Assembly: GCA_033764315.1 (NCBI GenBank) | Contig: JANRJA010000203.1 | Coordinates: 1-64,000 of the forward strand | Direction of reading: 5' to 3' | Origin: Oculatellaceae cyanobacterium bins.114 | GTDB lineage: Bacteria; Cyanobacteriota; Cyanobacteriia; Elainellales; Elainellaceae | Length of the DNA stretch: 64,000 nucleotides | Shown: in pieces, positions 10,106-20,294 of the stretch | Layout: each line of letters opens with the position of its first letter | How positions within the stretch are numbered: position 1 is the first letter of the stretch | Translations under genes and position numbers: made by a program | Notes under the pieces: generated by a model | Databases searched by the model: none | Seen by the model: only the letters and a program-made list of their open reading frames with translations | What the model was told of the DNA's origin: nothing

Positions 10106-11208
10106 CGAATGCGTACAAACCCTGTTTGCTCAAGCAGTTGCTGTCCCTGATCGGTAAGCAGCAAGTTAGCATAAGCTGTCCCTGCTTGCTGGTCAGTCTG
10201 ACCGTTTTGTTTGACGATGACAAATAATCGTCGAGTAATCGGATACTCGCCCTGCTTTAAAGCATCAGCATTGATCTGATTGCGCTGAGTGGGACACTGT
10301 GATGGCGGCACAAGAGGTTCTTGATAAGGGGCTACTAATTGATCTGCGCGTCGCCCGATCGCCAATGGTTTGGTTGTACATTGGCCAATCACCTCTGGGG
10401 CTGACGCATAGTATAGTCCGCCCGTATTTGCCGATAGTTCTCGTAATGCTTCAGTTGTAGTTCCAATGAAGTGGACTGAATTACCGAAAGGCTGTCCATC
10501 CAAAATATTATCTACAAAAAATTCAACCGTGCCACCTGACTCTATCCGTCGTGAGTAAGGCACGATCACCAAATCAGGCCCACCTACTTGATTCCAGTTT
10601 GTGATTTGTCCGGTGTAAATGCCCTGAAGTTGGGTAATGGTTAAACCTGGAATATTCAAACTGGGATGAACGGCGATCGCAATTCCTTCAATTGCTACTG
10701 GAATTTCTTGCAGCGTAAAGCCCCGTTGTTGGGCTTCTTGATATTCCTCTGGTTTGAGCGATCGCGACGATTGGGAAAACGCTAACTGATTGTCGAGGAG
10801 CATACGGATGCCTGTGCTCGACCCTGGAACTCCCGTGAGTGGATCGGTATAGCGGAGTTGAAACGCAGGCAGTTCTGATTGAATGGCACGGTCAACTTGA
10901 CTCCGAATAGGAGCCCAACTAGTACTCCCGCCATAGTTAAACACTCCTGACGGAACATTTTGCACTGATGCAAAGCGATCGCCTGTGGTTTGCCCTACGG
11001 GAGAGGCAGAGGTCGCTGTTGGTATCGCTGTTGGTGTCGCTTGCCCAGTTTGCCCCGTTCCCACAGAGGGGGTAGACGAGTTCGGTTGAGCAAAACTGCC
11101 TAGGTTAAAGCCCGATTGTCGAGTAAACCACCAGACCCCCGCACCAATTAGGCTAACTGTAATCAGCAACGCCAGAATTAAGACCGGGGTTTCATTTTTC
11201 TGAGCCAT
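10102..11208 (-). CDS. PstS-like (PBP_like_2) substrate-binding protein with N-terminal membrane anchor
   Basis: YGGSTS, GSSTGI, SQSSRSL, VAIEGIAIAVHP, IYTGQITNW, SGGT and YPITRRLF. Confidence 0.9.
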   Translation of the reverse strand: MAQKNETPVLILALLITVSLIGAGVWWFTRQSGFNLGSFAQPNSSTPSVGTGQTGQATPTAIPTATSASPVGQTTGDRFASVQNVPSGVFNYGGSTSWAPIRSQVDRAIQSELPAFQLRYTDPLTGVPGSSTGIRMLLDNQLAFSQSSRSLKPEEYQEAQQRGFTLQEIPVAIEGIAIAVHPSLNIPGLTITQLQGIYTGQITNWNQVGGPDLVIVPYSRRIESGGTVEFFVDNILDGQPFGNSVHFIGTTTEALRELSANTGGLYYASAPEVIGQCTTKPLAIGRRADQLVAPYQEPLVPPSQCPTQRNQINADALKQGEYPITRRLFVIVKQNGQTDQQAGTAYANLLLTDQGQQLLEQTGFVRIR

Positions 11209-11285
11209 CGGTTATTCCTCATTCTCGATTCAGCCAGAGCACAGGATCTTGTACCCGTCCTTTTTATCACGGTGCTAGTACCGAA

Positions 11286-12743
11286 TCATGGCACTGGTAC
11301 AAAATCATAGCCATATCCTGAACGATTTCCTGGTTGAATTGTGACTAACTGCATTGGCTGATTGCGATCGCCCGATGGCAAAAAGCGGATTGTTCCTGTA
11401 GCTCCCTCTACAACAAAATTAGGGCTGTTCAGTGCATTTTTAATCCCCTCACGGGTGGGTGGAAAACTATCTTGCATGCCTTTTACTAAGACTTGCACCG
11501 CATCATAGGCCATTGCTGTTCGCCAGTTGACATCACCACCCCACAGCCGTCTTGACGCTTGAACAAACTGAGTTTTAGGATTAGCCAACAACACCCAGGG
11601 CACTGCCACTGTCATGCCCTCTGCGGCAGCCCCTCCAACTTGTAAGATTTTGGGGTTGTAAAGGCTATCGCCCCCCAACAGCGCGAGCTGATCTTGATTG
11701 ACAGTTACAACCTGCAACGCTTGATCGAGTGTCGGTGTGTTAGCAAGCAATACCAATACCTCGACTCCCTGTTGATTGGCTTGTTCAAGGGTGGCGGCAG
11801 CATCAAAATTAGAGCTTGATAAATCAAATTCATTGAGAACCTGCCCTCCTTCCGTTACCAATGCTGTTGCAAATTCATCTTTTAGGGAGTTGCTATAAGC
11901 ACTTTGAGAATTAAAGTAAACGGCTGCATTACTCTTTTGCAGAGTGTTGAGCATATAGCGCGACAGTGCGGCGGCAGTAAAGCGATCGCTCGGCACAGTC
12001 CGAAATACATAATCACCCAATTCAGAAATGGCGGTCGAAGTACTAGTAGGAGAGAGCATGACCAAGCCACTCGCTTGATAGATCGCCGCCGCAGCCAGTG
12101 TTGCATCACTGCCAAAATGCCCAACCACCCCTAACACATCAGTTTCGACTAATTCTGTGGCGATCTGCTGAACCACATTAGGGTCTACATCATCCGTCAC
12201 GATCACGATTCGTAGAGGATATCCTTTGACCCCTCCTGTCTCATTAATCTCAGTTTGAGCCTGAGCCACCCCTCGCAAAATCTCTGAAGCAGGGTTAACT
12301 GCACTAGTGATGGGAACCGCAACCGCAATGGTTGCCACGTTATTTTCTGGCAACTCGCCCTTTTGAATCCGTAACCCAATCTGAGCATTATTTAAGTAGA
12401 TTAAGGCTTCTGGATCATTGGGATTGGCAGTCAGCGAGGCTTGAAAACGGGCGATCGCTTCCTCAAATGACCCATTGGCGATCGCCTGCACTCCCGCTTG
12501 TTTCTCAGCCGATGCACCCTCTACAACGAAGACTCTTTCTCCGCTACTCAGGCGTTCTGCAAGCGAAGGTACCTGTCCACTAACTCCAGGAGAACTGGGC
12601 GAGCTACTAGGAGATGTGATGCCAAAAGGGTTGCCACCTCTAGCATTAAACTGCCTCCATAACCACCATCCCCCTGCACCCAACAGAGTCAACGTGATCA
12701 ACAACGCAGCTATAACAACCGGAGTATCATTTTTCTGAGACAT
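11286..12743 (-). CDS. LivJ/LivK-like (type 1 periplasmic) substrate-binding protein with TM anchor and one TPR-like motif
   Basis: PNDPEALIYLNNA, GVAQAQTEIN, VVGHFGSD, SPTSTS, FRTVPSD, AYDA and GATGTIRF. Confidence 0.9.
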   Translation of the reverse strand: MSQKNDTPVVIAALLITLTLLGAGGWWLWRQFNARGGNPFGITSPSSSPSSPGVSGQVPSLAERLSSGERVFVVEGASAEKQAGVQAIANGSFEEAIARFQASLTANPNDPEALIYLNNAQIGLRIQKGELPENNVATIAVAVPITSAVNPASEILRGVAQAQTEINETGGVKGYPLRIVIVTDDVDPNVVQQIATELVETDVLGVVGHFGSDATLAAAAIYQASGLVMLSPTSTSTAISELGDYVFRTVPSDRFTAAALSRYMLNTLQKSNAAVYFNSQSAYSNSLKDEFATALVTEGGQVLNEFDLSSSNFDAAATLEQANQQGVEVLVLLANTPTLDQALQVVTVNQDQLALLGGDSLYNPKILQVGGAAAEGMTVAVPWVLLANPKTQFVQASRRLWGGDVNWRTAMAYDAVQVLVKGMQDSFPPTREGIKNALNSPNFVVEGATGTIRFLPSGDRNQPMQLVTIQPGNRSGYGYDFVPVP

Positions 12744-12834
12744 AGACATTCATATAGGCTGAAATCTGAATTGTACGGGGTTACAGCCGCTTAATCTCTC
12801 ACCATATTCACCCTAAATTGTTTGCTGGCGATCG

Positions 12835-14400
12835 CTAAAACAAGCCTGATAGCAATTTGTAAACCAAACGAAACACCAGGGTAGCGGCTACAGCTAACAA
12901 TCCGACTAAAACCGACACGATTAACAGAGTTCCAATGGGGTTGCCAATCGCCTGCAAGATCCAAAAATTCCGCAAGGGTGGCAGGAGAATCATAATTCCT
13001 ACCGTTAATGCAGCCAGAATCAGCAAATCTACTTTCTCAATCACATGCCTTGATTGAGCCAACACCAAAATACCCAATAACACTAGCCAAAATCCAGCAC
13101 TGATCAAGGTTGTACCCAAAATACTGATCAAGGCGATCGCCAACAAACTACCCTCAAATCCCGTAAACGCAGCTCCAACAATAATTTCTATTAAGGAAAA
13201 GCCAGGTTTTTGGGGAGCCAATGGAGCTGGGGTTGCAGGTTGAATCGCTGGAGGTGGAGGGGCCACTGACACAGGGGCGGCTGGAGGTGCCGTGCGAATC
13301 GATGGAGCCTGTACAGGACGCTTGGGCAGTCGGGCTGGGGTGGAGGTCGGTGGAGGTGGAGCTGCCATCACCGGATTGGGCACTGCTGCTGGGTTAGGAG
13401 GAGTTGCAGTTGGGTGTGAAGGCACCCCTGGTGGTGCCGAAGTACCACCTTGCAACGCCTCCAACACCTCATCCGCTGACTGAAACCGTTGACTCGGAGT
13501 CGCTAACAACATCCGTTCAAGCACTGCTTCCAGGCGATCGCTAACTTGAGCATAGCGACTCCAGTTCCAGCCATTGCTATAGGAGTCATACAATTCATTA
13601 GGCTGCTTGCCGCTTAACAACGTAATGCAAGTTACCCCCAACGCATAAAGATCTGTAGCAGGATACACCACATTCCCCGCCATCTGCTCAGGTGGGGCAA
13701 AACCCATAGAATAAATTCCAGTCGAAGCTTTCCCGCCTTCACCTGCGACTGAGGCTCGCGTCACCTGCTTCACTGCCCCAAAATCTAACAAGTAGAGCCG
13801 CCCATCTCGCCGTCGCATGATATTAGAGGGCTTAATATCTCGGTGAATCGAGCCATGTCCATGCACAAACTGCAAAACCTTGAGAATCTCAGTCAACACT
13901 TCCCGAACGTCTACTTCAGAAAATTGCCCTTTTTGAGCCAACTCCTCTTCAAGATTCTGCCCATCAATAAATTCTTGTACTAGATAAAAGAACCGATCCG
14001 CCTTACCTGCCGAGCTCTTAGGTACATCTAACTCAAAAAATGCTAACAAGTCAGGAATTTGGCTGTGGCTATTCCCTAACTCCTCTAAGACGGCTCCCTC
14101 TCGTTCAAATAAAGTTTGAGCAATTTGCAATTGCGCTGGGGTCAAGTCCCCAGAGGGCTGAAACTGCTTCACCACACACTGTCGCATCGCGGGAGTATAG
14201 CGATCGCGTGCCAAAAAAGCAGCCCCAAATCCTCCTTTGCCCAATAGTCTCTGAGTCACATAACGCCCCAAGAGAATGAGCGGCATGCCACAACTTGTGC
14301 AAAATTTTTGCTGCACCGTCTTCAACGTGGCACTATTGTCCAAATCATCAAAGTAGTTAACAGGTCTTGGACAGCCTGGACGAGTGCAATAAACTTCCAT
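12835..14400 (-). CDS. Ser/Thr protein kinase with N-terminal 4-Cys motif, Pro-rich linker and C-terminal TM helices
   Basis: CTRPGC...CTSC, LGKGGFG, VVK, HRDIKPSN, DFG, PPEQ and DLYALG; about 4 hydrophobic helices at the C-terminus. Confidence 0.95.
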   Translation of the reverse strand: MEVYCTRPGCPRPVNYFDDLDNSATLKTVQQKFCTSCGMPLILLGRYVTQRLLGKGGFGAAFLARDRYTPAMRQCVVKQFQPSGDLTPAQLQIAQTLFEREGAVLEELGNSHSQIPDLLAFFELDVPKSSAGKADRFFYLVQEFIDGQNLEEELAQKGQFSEVDVREVLTEILKVLQFVHGHGSIHRDIKPSNIMRRRDGRLYLLDFGAVKQVTRASVAGEGGKASTGIYSMGFAPPEQMAGNVVYPATDLYALGVTCITLLSGKQPNELYDSYSNGWNWSRYAQVSDRLEAVLERMLLATPSQRFQSADEVLEALQGGTSAPPGVPSHPTATPPNPAAVPNPVMAAPPPPTSTPARLPKRPVQAPSIRTAPPAAPVSVAPPPPAIQPATPAPLAPQKPGFSLIEIIVGAAFTGFEGSLLAIALISILGTTLISAGFWLVLLGILVLAQSRHVIEKVDLLILAALTVGIMILLPPLRNFWILQAIGNPIGTLLIVSVLVGLLAVAATLVFRLVYKLLSGLF

Positions 14401-14538
14401 AAACGAGGAGGGATGATCAGTTCATGTTTTTAACAATGGCTTTTAACGAACGAATCAGCCATACTTCAACAGCTAAAATACCAATTTCGTTGCGAGTCCA
14501 AGCAAAGCAACCACTAAATCTCAAAATCGCCCCCCTTG

Positions 14539-15528
14539 CTACAACGACAGTGGCTCCGTTGGTTCAACTGCATTTCTCTCTTCAGGGACTTCAAGGGGTA
14601 ACGGTTTATGACTAGAAAATTGCGGCAAAATCTCTTCCATAAAGGCAGAAGCAGCTTTTGAACGATAGCGATTGGGGTTGATAATGACGGATAACATTCG
14701 GTTGACAACTACCCCATCAATCTTGGCTCGATGCAACACTCCCATCTGCAATTCCTTCTCAATCGCAGAAATTGAGACAAACGCAGCCCCTAATCCCGCC
14801 TGAACCGCATTTTTAATCGCTTCAATGGAGTTCAGCTCCATCTCAATTTTTAATCGTCGCGTTTCGATACCACACCGAGTTAACACCTGATCAATTACTT
14901 TACGAATGGTGGATTGAGAATCCAGCGCAATAAATTGCAATTTGTAAAGATCATCTTTCTGCACCGTAGTAATTCGAGCAAGAGAATGCAAAACAGGCAA
15001 AATAAGTGCTAGTTCGTCTTCTGCGTAGGGAATAATCTCTAAAGAGTCTTGTAATTCAGGGGGGATTTCACCACCAATAATTGCCAGGTCAATCTGTCCA
15101 TTCGCCACACTCCAGGCAGTACGGCGGGTTGAGTGAACGTGAAGCTGCACCGCAACATCAGGATAATGTTGTCGAAATAGCCCAATCATCCGAGGTAATA
15201 GGTAAGTACCAGTCGTTTGACTCGCACCAATAATGAGGGTGCCACCTTGAAGATTTTGCAAATCTTCGATTGCTCGACAGGTTTCTTCACATAACGTGAG
15301 AATTCGGTCGCCATAACTTAGCAGTAAGTGTCCTGCCTCAGTCAACTGTGCTCGCCTACCCCCTCGATCAAACAACGGAACATCCAGTTGTCGCTCCAGG
15401 TTTTGCACCTGAAGGCTAACGGCAGGTTGGGAAACATAGAGGCTATCAGCCGCACGCTTAAAACTTCCCTCAGCAGCGATCGCCTTGAGAATTCGTAACT
15501 GATCAAGAGTAAAAGGAAGGTCAGACAT
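14539..15528 (-). CDS. rbcR: LysR regulator of the RbcR/Ycf30/PacR type
   Basis: [38 protein letters not shown] is the typical N-terminus of this cyanobacterial/plastid Lys[13 protein letters not shown]. Confidence 0.85.
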   Translation of the reverse strand: MSDLPFTLDQLRILKAIAAEGSFKRAADSLYVSQPAVSLQVQNLERQLDVPLFDRGGRRAQLTEAGHLLLSYGDRILTLCEETCRAIEDLQNLQGGTLIIGASQTTGTYLLPRMIGLFRQHYPDVAVQLHVHSTRRTAWSVANGQIDLAIIGGEIPPELQDSLEIIPYAEDELALILPVLHSLARITTVQKDDLYKLQFIALDSQSTIRKVIDQVLTRCGIETRRLKIEMELNSIEAIKNAVQAGLGAAFVSISAIEKELQMGVLHRAKIDGVVVNRMLSVIINPNRYRSKAASAFMEEILPQFSSHKPLPLEVPEERNAVEPTEPLSL

Positions 15529-15878
15529 GAGTGCTAAACCTGAGAAAAAGAAAAACCCTAAGGTTTCAATTCGTTAAGAAACAATCCGGGACGGGCAAGG
15601 AAATCTTGAAAAAACTAGCAGGTCAGGTTTCCAGAGTAGCGGCTTAAAGGAATTGTGAAGTTTGATAACCCCTAAATCTCCTAATTCCGTTCTGTTAGCC
15701 AAACCATTGACTCAACACAACACGAATAGAATTTAAGTAAGTTGAACTACGGAGAATCATAATCAATCAGTGGATTCTAGGTCGATGGAAACTTTACAAC
15801 ACTCAACTTGCCAACTCTGGACTGTATTTCTGGCACCCGTCTTGCTGAAGTAAGCAATTATTAGTATTAGAGCATCTT

Positions 15879-16832
15879 ATGAAGCGGGAGGTTGTTCAGG
15901 ATTTTTTGAATTTACCAGGGATTACAGGAATTGCCCTGATGGATGGGAGATCACGCCCATATTTTTGTGGTGTTGATCAGGCTTTAAACTTTCAACAAAA
16001 GGAAGCATTAGCCCAAGGCATCCAACAGGTAGTTGAGACGACCCCCGATGGATTCGAGTTTTTCGAGTTTCAGTTCACCGAGCATCAGGTTTACATCTAT
16101 AAATTAGACCACGGCATCATTCTTCTTGTGCTGACTAGTAGTAATCTCATGCCACAGGCTTACGTTAAAGCAGTTGAGCAACTCAAAGCCGAACTCCATG
16201 ATGATGCCACTAGCGCGATCGCCACTTTTCGTCTGTTAGCCGGAAATATCACCCTGTCTAATCAAACCTATTGGAAGCAGCGATCCGAAGTAACGTCCTC
16301 TACCCTATCAGGTCTGTCGTCCAACGCCACCAGTGCGAATACCAAAGTCTCGGTCAATAGCCAAAATGGTTCGCATAACTCCCCTATCAATCCCAATTCC
16401 AACCCCTCAGATGCTGACTTAGACCAGCATCCTGCATTACCTGACCCATTAACTCACTCAAAAACCAACCCTCCTGCCGCAGCAGATGAAGTCAATCTCA
16501 AAGAGTTGTTAGTTGCACTCAACCACCTTAGTCAGTTTACGACGCAATATTTAGGAACGACAGTTATCGCAAACTATTGGAAGTCAAGTCGCCCTGACAT
16601 CGAGTGGTTGAATAGTTTTCAAGTTGACCGCTCTGCCCAATTTACGTTTATTACCTCATCTCCTACCAACGCCACTCAAACGATTAGTGCCGAGGAACAT
16701 GAGTGTTTACAGCAATGGATTTCAGCCTTTGTTGCCCGTTGTTCTAAAGTCATTCGTGACTTCCCGCTCATTATTGAGCAAAGAGCACTGGATGATCGAC
16801 AAAGAAACTTGCTGCTAAAAGACACACCGTAA
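15879..16832 (+). CDS. conserved hypothetical protein of the PAP-like cluster (possible Slr0151 homologue; N-terminus resembles a roadblock/longin fold)
   Basis: 317 aa, two folded regions joined by an S/N/P-rich linker; LPGITGIALMD start; 27 bp upstream of the ferredoxin. Confidence 0.6.
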   Translation: MKREVVQDFLNLPGITGIALMDGRSRPYFCGVDQALNFQQKEALAQGIQQVVETTPDGFEFFEFQFTEHQVYIYKLDHGIILLVLTSSNLMPQAYVKAVEQLKAELHDDATSAIATFRLLAGNITLSNQTYWKQRSEVTSSTLSGLSSNATSANTKVSVNSQNGSHNSPINPNSNPSDADLDQHPALPDPLTHSKTNPPAAADEVNLKELLVALNHLSQFTTQYLGTTVIANYWKSSRPDIEWLNSFQVDRSAQFTFITSSPTNATQTISAEEHECLQQWISAFVARCSKVIRDFPLIIEQRALDDRQRNLLLKDTP

Positions 16833-16859
16833 TCTCAACATTTCTGGAGTAATCCCCCA

Positions 16860-17345
16860 ATGGCTAAAACTGTCAGACTAGAACCGATCGCCCAAGAAAC
16901 TTCTGTCGAAACTAACGGCAATTTATTATCCGTTCTTATCAACAAAGATTTAGACGTATTGAGAGAATGCGGGGGACGAGGCATGTGTGCAACATGCCAT
17001 GTCTATGTCGTCGATGGGATGGAAGGACTATCTCCCGTCAATCGACGTGAACAGCGGACTCTGGAAGTCATTACATCGTGTAAAACCAACTCTCGACTGG
17101 CCTGCCAAGCAAGGGTTTTAGCTAATGGTGTGGTTGTAGAGCTACCCCCTGGAATGTACATCAATTCACTACAAGATATTGAGGCGTTAATTGGGCGACG
17201 AGCCGATCAAAACCTGCTTCACCCCATCACAGGACAGGTGCTAGTTGAAGAGGGCAAATTGATTACTCGCTCGATGCTCAAACAACTTGAAGAAACTCCT
17301 ACTTTCAGAGTGGGAGAATTTTTCTCTCACAGCGTTGACGTCTAG
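16860..17345 (+). CDS. 2Fe-2S ferredoxin with C-terminal extension (Fd5/Slr0148-like)
   Basis: CGGRGMCATC...SRLACQ adrenodoxin-type Cys pattern; GGAG ribosome-binding site. Confidence 0.9.
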   Translation: MAKTVRLEPIAQETSVETNGNLLSVLINKDLDVLRECGGRGMCATCHVYVVDGMEGLSPVNRREQRTLEVITSCKTNSRLACQARVLANGVVVELPPGMYINSLQDIEALIGRRADQNLLHPITGQVLVEEGKLITRSMLKQLEETPTFRVGEFFSHSVDV

Positions 17346-17760
17346 ATAGCAGTGATCTTAGGACAAATTGGATGATTGCTATCTAGGTTGCCAAAGTCAG
17401 CAATCTGAGTGAATAGTCAAGTTTAGGGGCGATGCGATCGCCCCTCAGCCATTTTTAATCAGCCATTTACATAACTGTAGACACATGGTTTAGGGGCATT
17501 ACCTGACATTACCTAAGAAGGTAAGGGGGCGAGCGTTGCTCCAGCAACCCCTACAGGGCTACTACCATAGCAACAGCAATAGACAGATCATCTGCAAAGT
17601 TTTAAGTTTTCTAAACTAATAGCTGATATCCGGAAAAATACCTGAACTGACATTGTTACTTCAAATTTCAATAAAGCTTACTTAAAAAATTTAATATTAA
17701 GACTTGTAAAGCCTTGATTAAAGGCATACTAACTCAAGTCTCTTCTCTAAAAGAATTCCC

Positions 17761-18237
17761 ATGCTGAGCCAAATTAACCGTCTTAGTGTTCAAATAGATG
17801 GTCGATATGCGGATGATGCCGAATTACAATTCATCAGCGATTACATTCAGGCATTTCCTACTAGGCTGCAAACCTACATCAAGCTTCAAGCTGCTGAAGC
17901 CACCATCGTTCAACAGGTTTATGACAAAATGCGGCTCCTAAACCCAAATTTGTTTACTCCTGAGAATGCGGATCTCAGTAATAAATGGAAGCGAGATACG
18001 ATCCGCACTTTACGCTACTCTGCGGCTGCCATGCTGGTCGATGATCCTGAAATATTGCAGGAACGGTTCTTATCGTGGTTTCAAACCATCATGCGATCCT
18101 TTGGAGCTCAGCAAAGTTGTAATATGACCTACGAAATTATGCAAGATGTTGTTAAACAACATCTCACTACAACTCAAGCAAATCTGTTTTGCCCAATATT
18201 GGTACTCAATCAACGCTATTTAGGAGAAGAGGCTTGA
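17761..18237 (+). CDS. phycobiliprotein-fold (globin-like) protein, Slr0149-like
   Basis: DGRYADDAEL, A..IVQQV and RD...LRYSA..MLVDD align to the apcA/cpc pattern; 158 aa. Confidence 0.8.
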   Translation: MLSQINRLSVQIDGRYADDAELQFISDYIQAFPTRLQTYIKLQAAEATIVQQVYDKMRLLNPNLFTPENADLSNKWKRDTIRTLRYSAAAMLVDDPEILQERFLSWFQTIMRSFGAQQSCNMTYEIMQDVVKQHLTTTQANLFCPILVLNQRYLGEEA

Positions 18238-18277
18238 GGAGTTGAGATGAAGGAATTTAGCCTGTCTGTGGTGCTTA

Positions 18278-18301
18278 GAAAACCCTGTTAAGAGGGTTTT
18301 C
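18278..18301 (+). terminator. stem-loop downstream of the phycobiliprotein-like gene
   Basis: GAAAACCCT-GTTAAG-AGGGTTTTC. Confidence 0.5.
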
Positions 18302-18401
18302 GGCATGAGCTTAGACGGTCGGCAAAGCCTGTCGAGCCATCAAACATTGAGCACTCACGCCGAAGCCCCTAACCCCCCGTCCTAATGGACTTTTCAGGTA
18401 C

Positions 18402-18469
18402 TATAGCTATCCTAAATTGTTTGTGAGATTGGGGAGTTGTCAGCATCGAACCCCGTTGGGATTGCCATA
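18402..18469. mobile_element. short MITE-like element
   Basis: imperfect terminal inverted repeats TATAGCTATCCTA ... TGGGATTGCCATA; related ends at 9-35 and 50547-50597. Confidence 0.45.
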
Positions 18470-19302
18470 TGACGATTCATTACAGAAGGGGATAGGCAAT
18501 TGCACAGTCAATCTCGAAGCTAGCACTAATTGAAAAATCTAGAAGTTGATTGCAAGTCAATTCTAATTTTGTAAAATTTTTCATAGAAAGACTAAGAGTT
18601 TTCCGGTTAGTAGTTTTGGTGCAAGAAAAGTTTACTGAGCCAAGACAGTCCTAAATAGTGTGGTGCTAATGATTGATTTACAATCAGCGGAAGGATTGTT
18701 GATAGTCAAGGTTTTTAGATAATCAGTGTGCATTGATTTTGCATTCCTTAGACTGTTGTCTAAAAGATTTAAGTCACAGTCCTTGACCACCCTATAAATT
18801 ACTGAATCGGCTTTTACTCATCCTGAGATCAACATTGGTAAGCGTAGAGGATTAGAAGGCAGGGAGGAAAGAGCATCAACTCACTCATGCTTAAGGGCGA
18901 TCGCTCATTTGCTTTTTCTTCCTGATAGCTGTGAATAACTGATGAGAGTACTCTTGTCTACTGATCAGAATCATTACACGTCTTCAAAAGCTTCACGTCA
19001 ACCTTATCTATGTTAGATCTACGGACTCTCAGGGAATATTCAAATTAAGGTCGCTTGTGAAATCTATTAAGACTTGACGTTTCAGCTAAGTGCTGTACTC
19101 GTTCAGTTGCATCTTCTCAATAAAAACTACCTCGACTCATTTTCAAATCCCAGGTTTAGCATCGCCGCATCTTCATCAAAATTAATATTCGGATACAAGA
19201 GCATATCTGTCTATCTTCCATCAAATGTCTTACGGCTTGTCATAACTGCCAATTCTTTCCATCCACTCACAACATCCACTCACAATTTGTTAAGAGAGCA
19301 CT

Positions 19303-19980
19303 ATGGTGACTGCAACCCAAAACTCCACCCAACTCAAGCACCCCAAGAAACACAACCATTATGGATTTAGTGATTTCTTCCACTTCGACCCTGATAAAGG
19401 AACAATCGTTGATTGGAATGGATCACACAATCTCTTCACGACAGAAGATTTCATCATCGGCTTAGTAGAAGGTTTAGAAGAAGAAGTCGGTGATGCTGCC
19501 GCCGCCACGATGTACACCATCGGTTGTGAATGGGGCAAAAAAGATGCCTTCTTCTTTGAGAAATGGTTTGAGAAAGAATTTGATCGCAACATTCGTCAAA
19601 CGAACTTGCTTTTTCTACTCGAAACCTGGTGGTGGCCTTTTACCTCTCAAGGTTGGGGACGCTGGGAAGTAGACATGGGCGATCGCAAGCAAGGATTTAT
19701 GTTTATCAACATCTTTGACTCAGCAGTAGCTCGCACGTTAGGCGATGTCGGCAAACCCGTCTGTTTTATTTATGCAGGTTTGTTTGCTGGCTTCTTCACA
19801 GAATTAGTGAAGAAACAGTTAGGTTGCATTGAAATTCAGTGCTACTCAATGGGTGAGACTTACTGTAAGTTCTTGCTAGGTGGGCAAGACCGTATTGATG
19901 CAGCTGCCTTTTGGCAAAATGAAGGCGCAACCGCTCGTGATATTGAAAAACGTTTGCGCTCTGGAGAGTTATTGCGATGA
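19303..19980 (+). CDS. V4R (4-vinyl reductase) domain protein, Slr0144-like
   Basis: IGCEWG, QGWGRW and PVC...AGLFAGFF...EIQCYSMG..YC.F (Cys/Glu metal site of V4R). Confidence 0.88.
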   Translation: MVTATQNSTQLKHPKKHNHYGFSDFFHFDPDKGTIVDWNGSHNLFTTEDFIIGLVEGLEEEVGDAAAATMYTIGCEWGKKDAFFFEKWFEKEFDRNIRQTNLLFLLETWWWPFTSQGWGRWEVDMGDRKQGFMFINIFDSAVARTLGDVGKPVCFIYAGLFAGFFTELVKKQLGCIEIQCYSMGETYCKFLLGGQDRIDAAAFWQNEGATARDIEKRLRSGELLR

Positions 19981-20294
19981 GCAGCATGACATTGGCACAC
20001 ACAAACGGAAATGGCACTACTGCCTCTGTTTCCAATAAAGCCTGGTTGACCCTGACAGCACGAGAATTTTTCTCAAGCATTAACTGGGATAACAACCCAC
20101 CTGAAGTCCAAGAACTCAAAGCTCCCTCTCAAGAGAGCGGAGCACCACTCAATTTGCTGTTGACCGTGAGCCAGTTTTTTACCGCTGTAAATTGGGATGG
20201 CATGGCGATCGCGCCAACACCAACCCCCTCAACTCCTGCCCCACCAGAAAAAGTCATTGATTTTACACTAGAGGATTTCTCTGATCTTTTCTAA
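19977..20294 (+). CDS. small conserved hypothetical protein, Slr0145-like
   Basis: ATGA overlap with the V4R gene; internal repeat LT..EFF..INWD / LTV.QFF..VNWD; C-terminus TLEDFSDLF. Confidence 0.75.
   Translation: MSSMTLAHTNGNGTTASVSNKAWLTLTAREFFSSINWDNNPPEVQELKAPSQESGAPLNLLLTVSQFFTAVNWDGMAIAPTPTPSTPAPPEKVIDFTLEDFSDLF

Noticed and set aside
10102-11208. A pstSCAB phosphate uptake operon
   Set aside because: No pstC, pstA or pstB is adjacent; the gene follows a kinase and another orphan binding protein
12835-14400. Assigning the symbol spkA to the membrane kinase
   Set aside because: The architecture is compatible, but orthology cannot be established without a search
19074-19370. 98-aa ORF upstream of the V4R gene
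   Set aside because: TTG start, overlap with the V4R start in another frame, and no motifs
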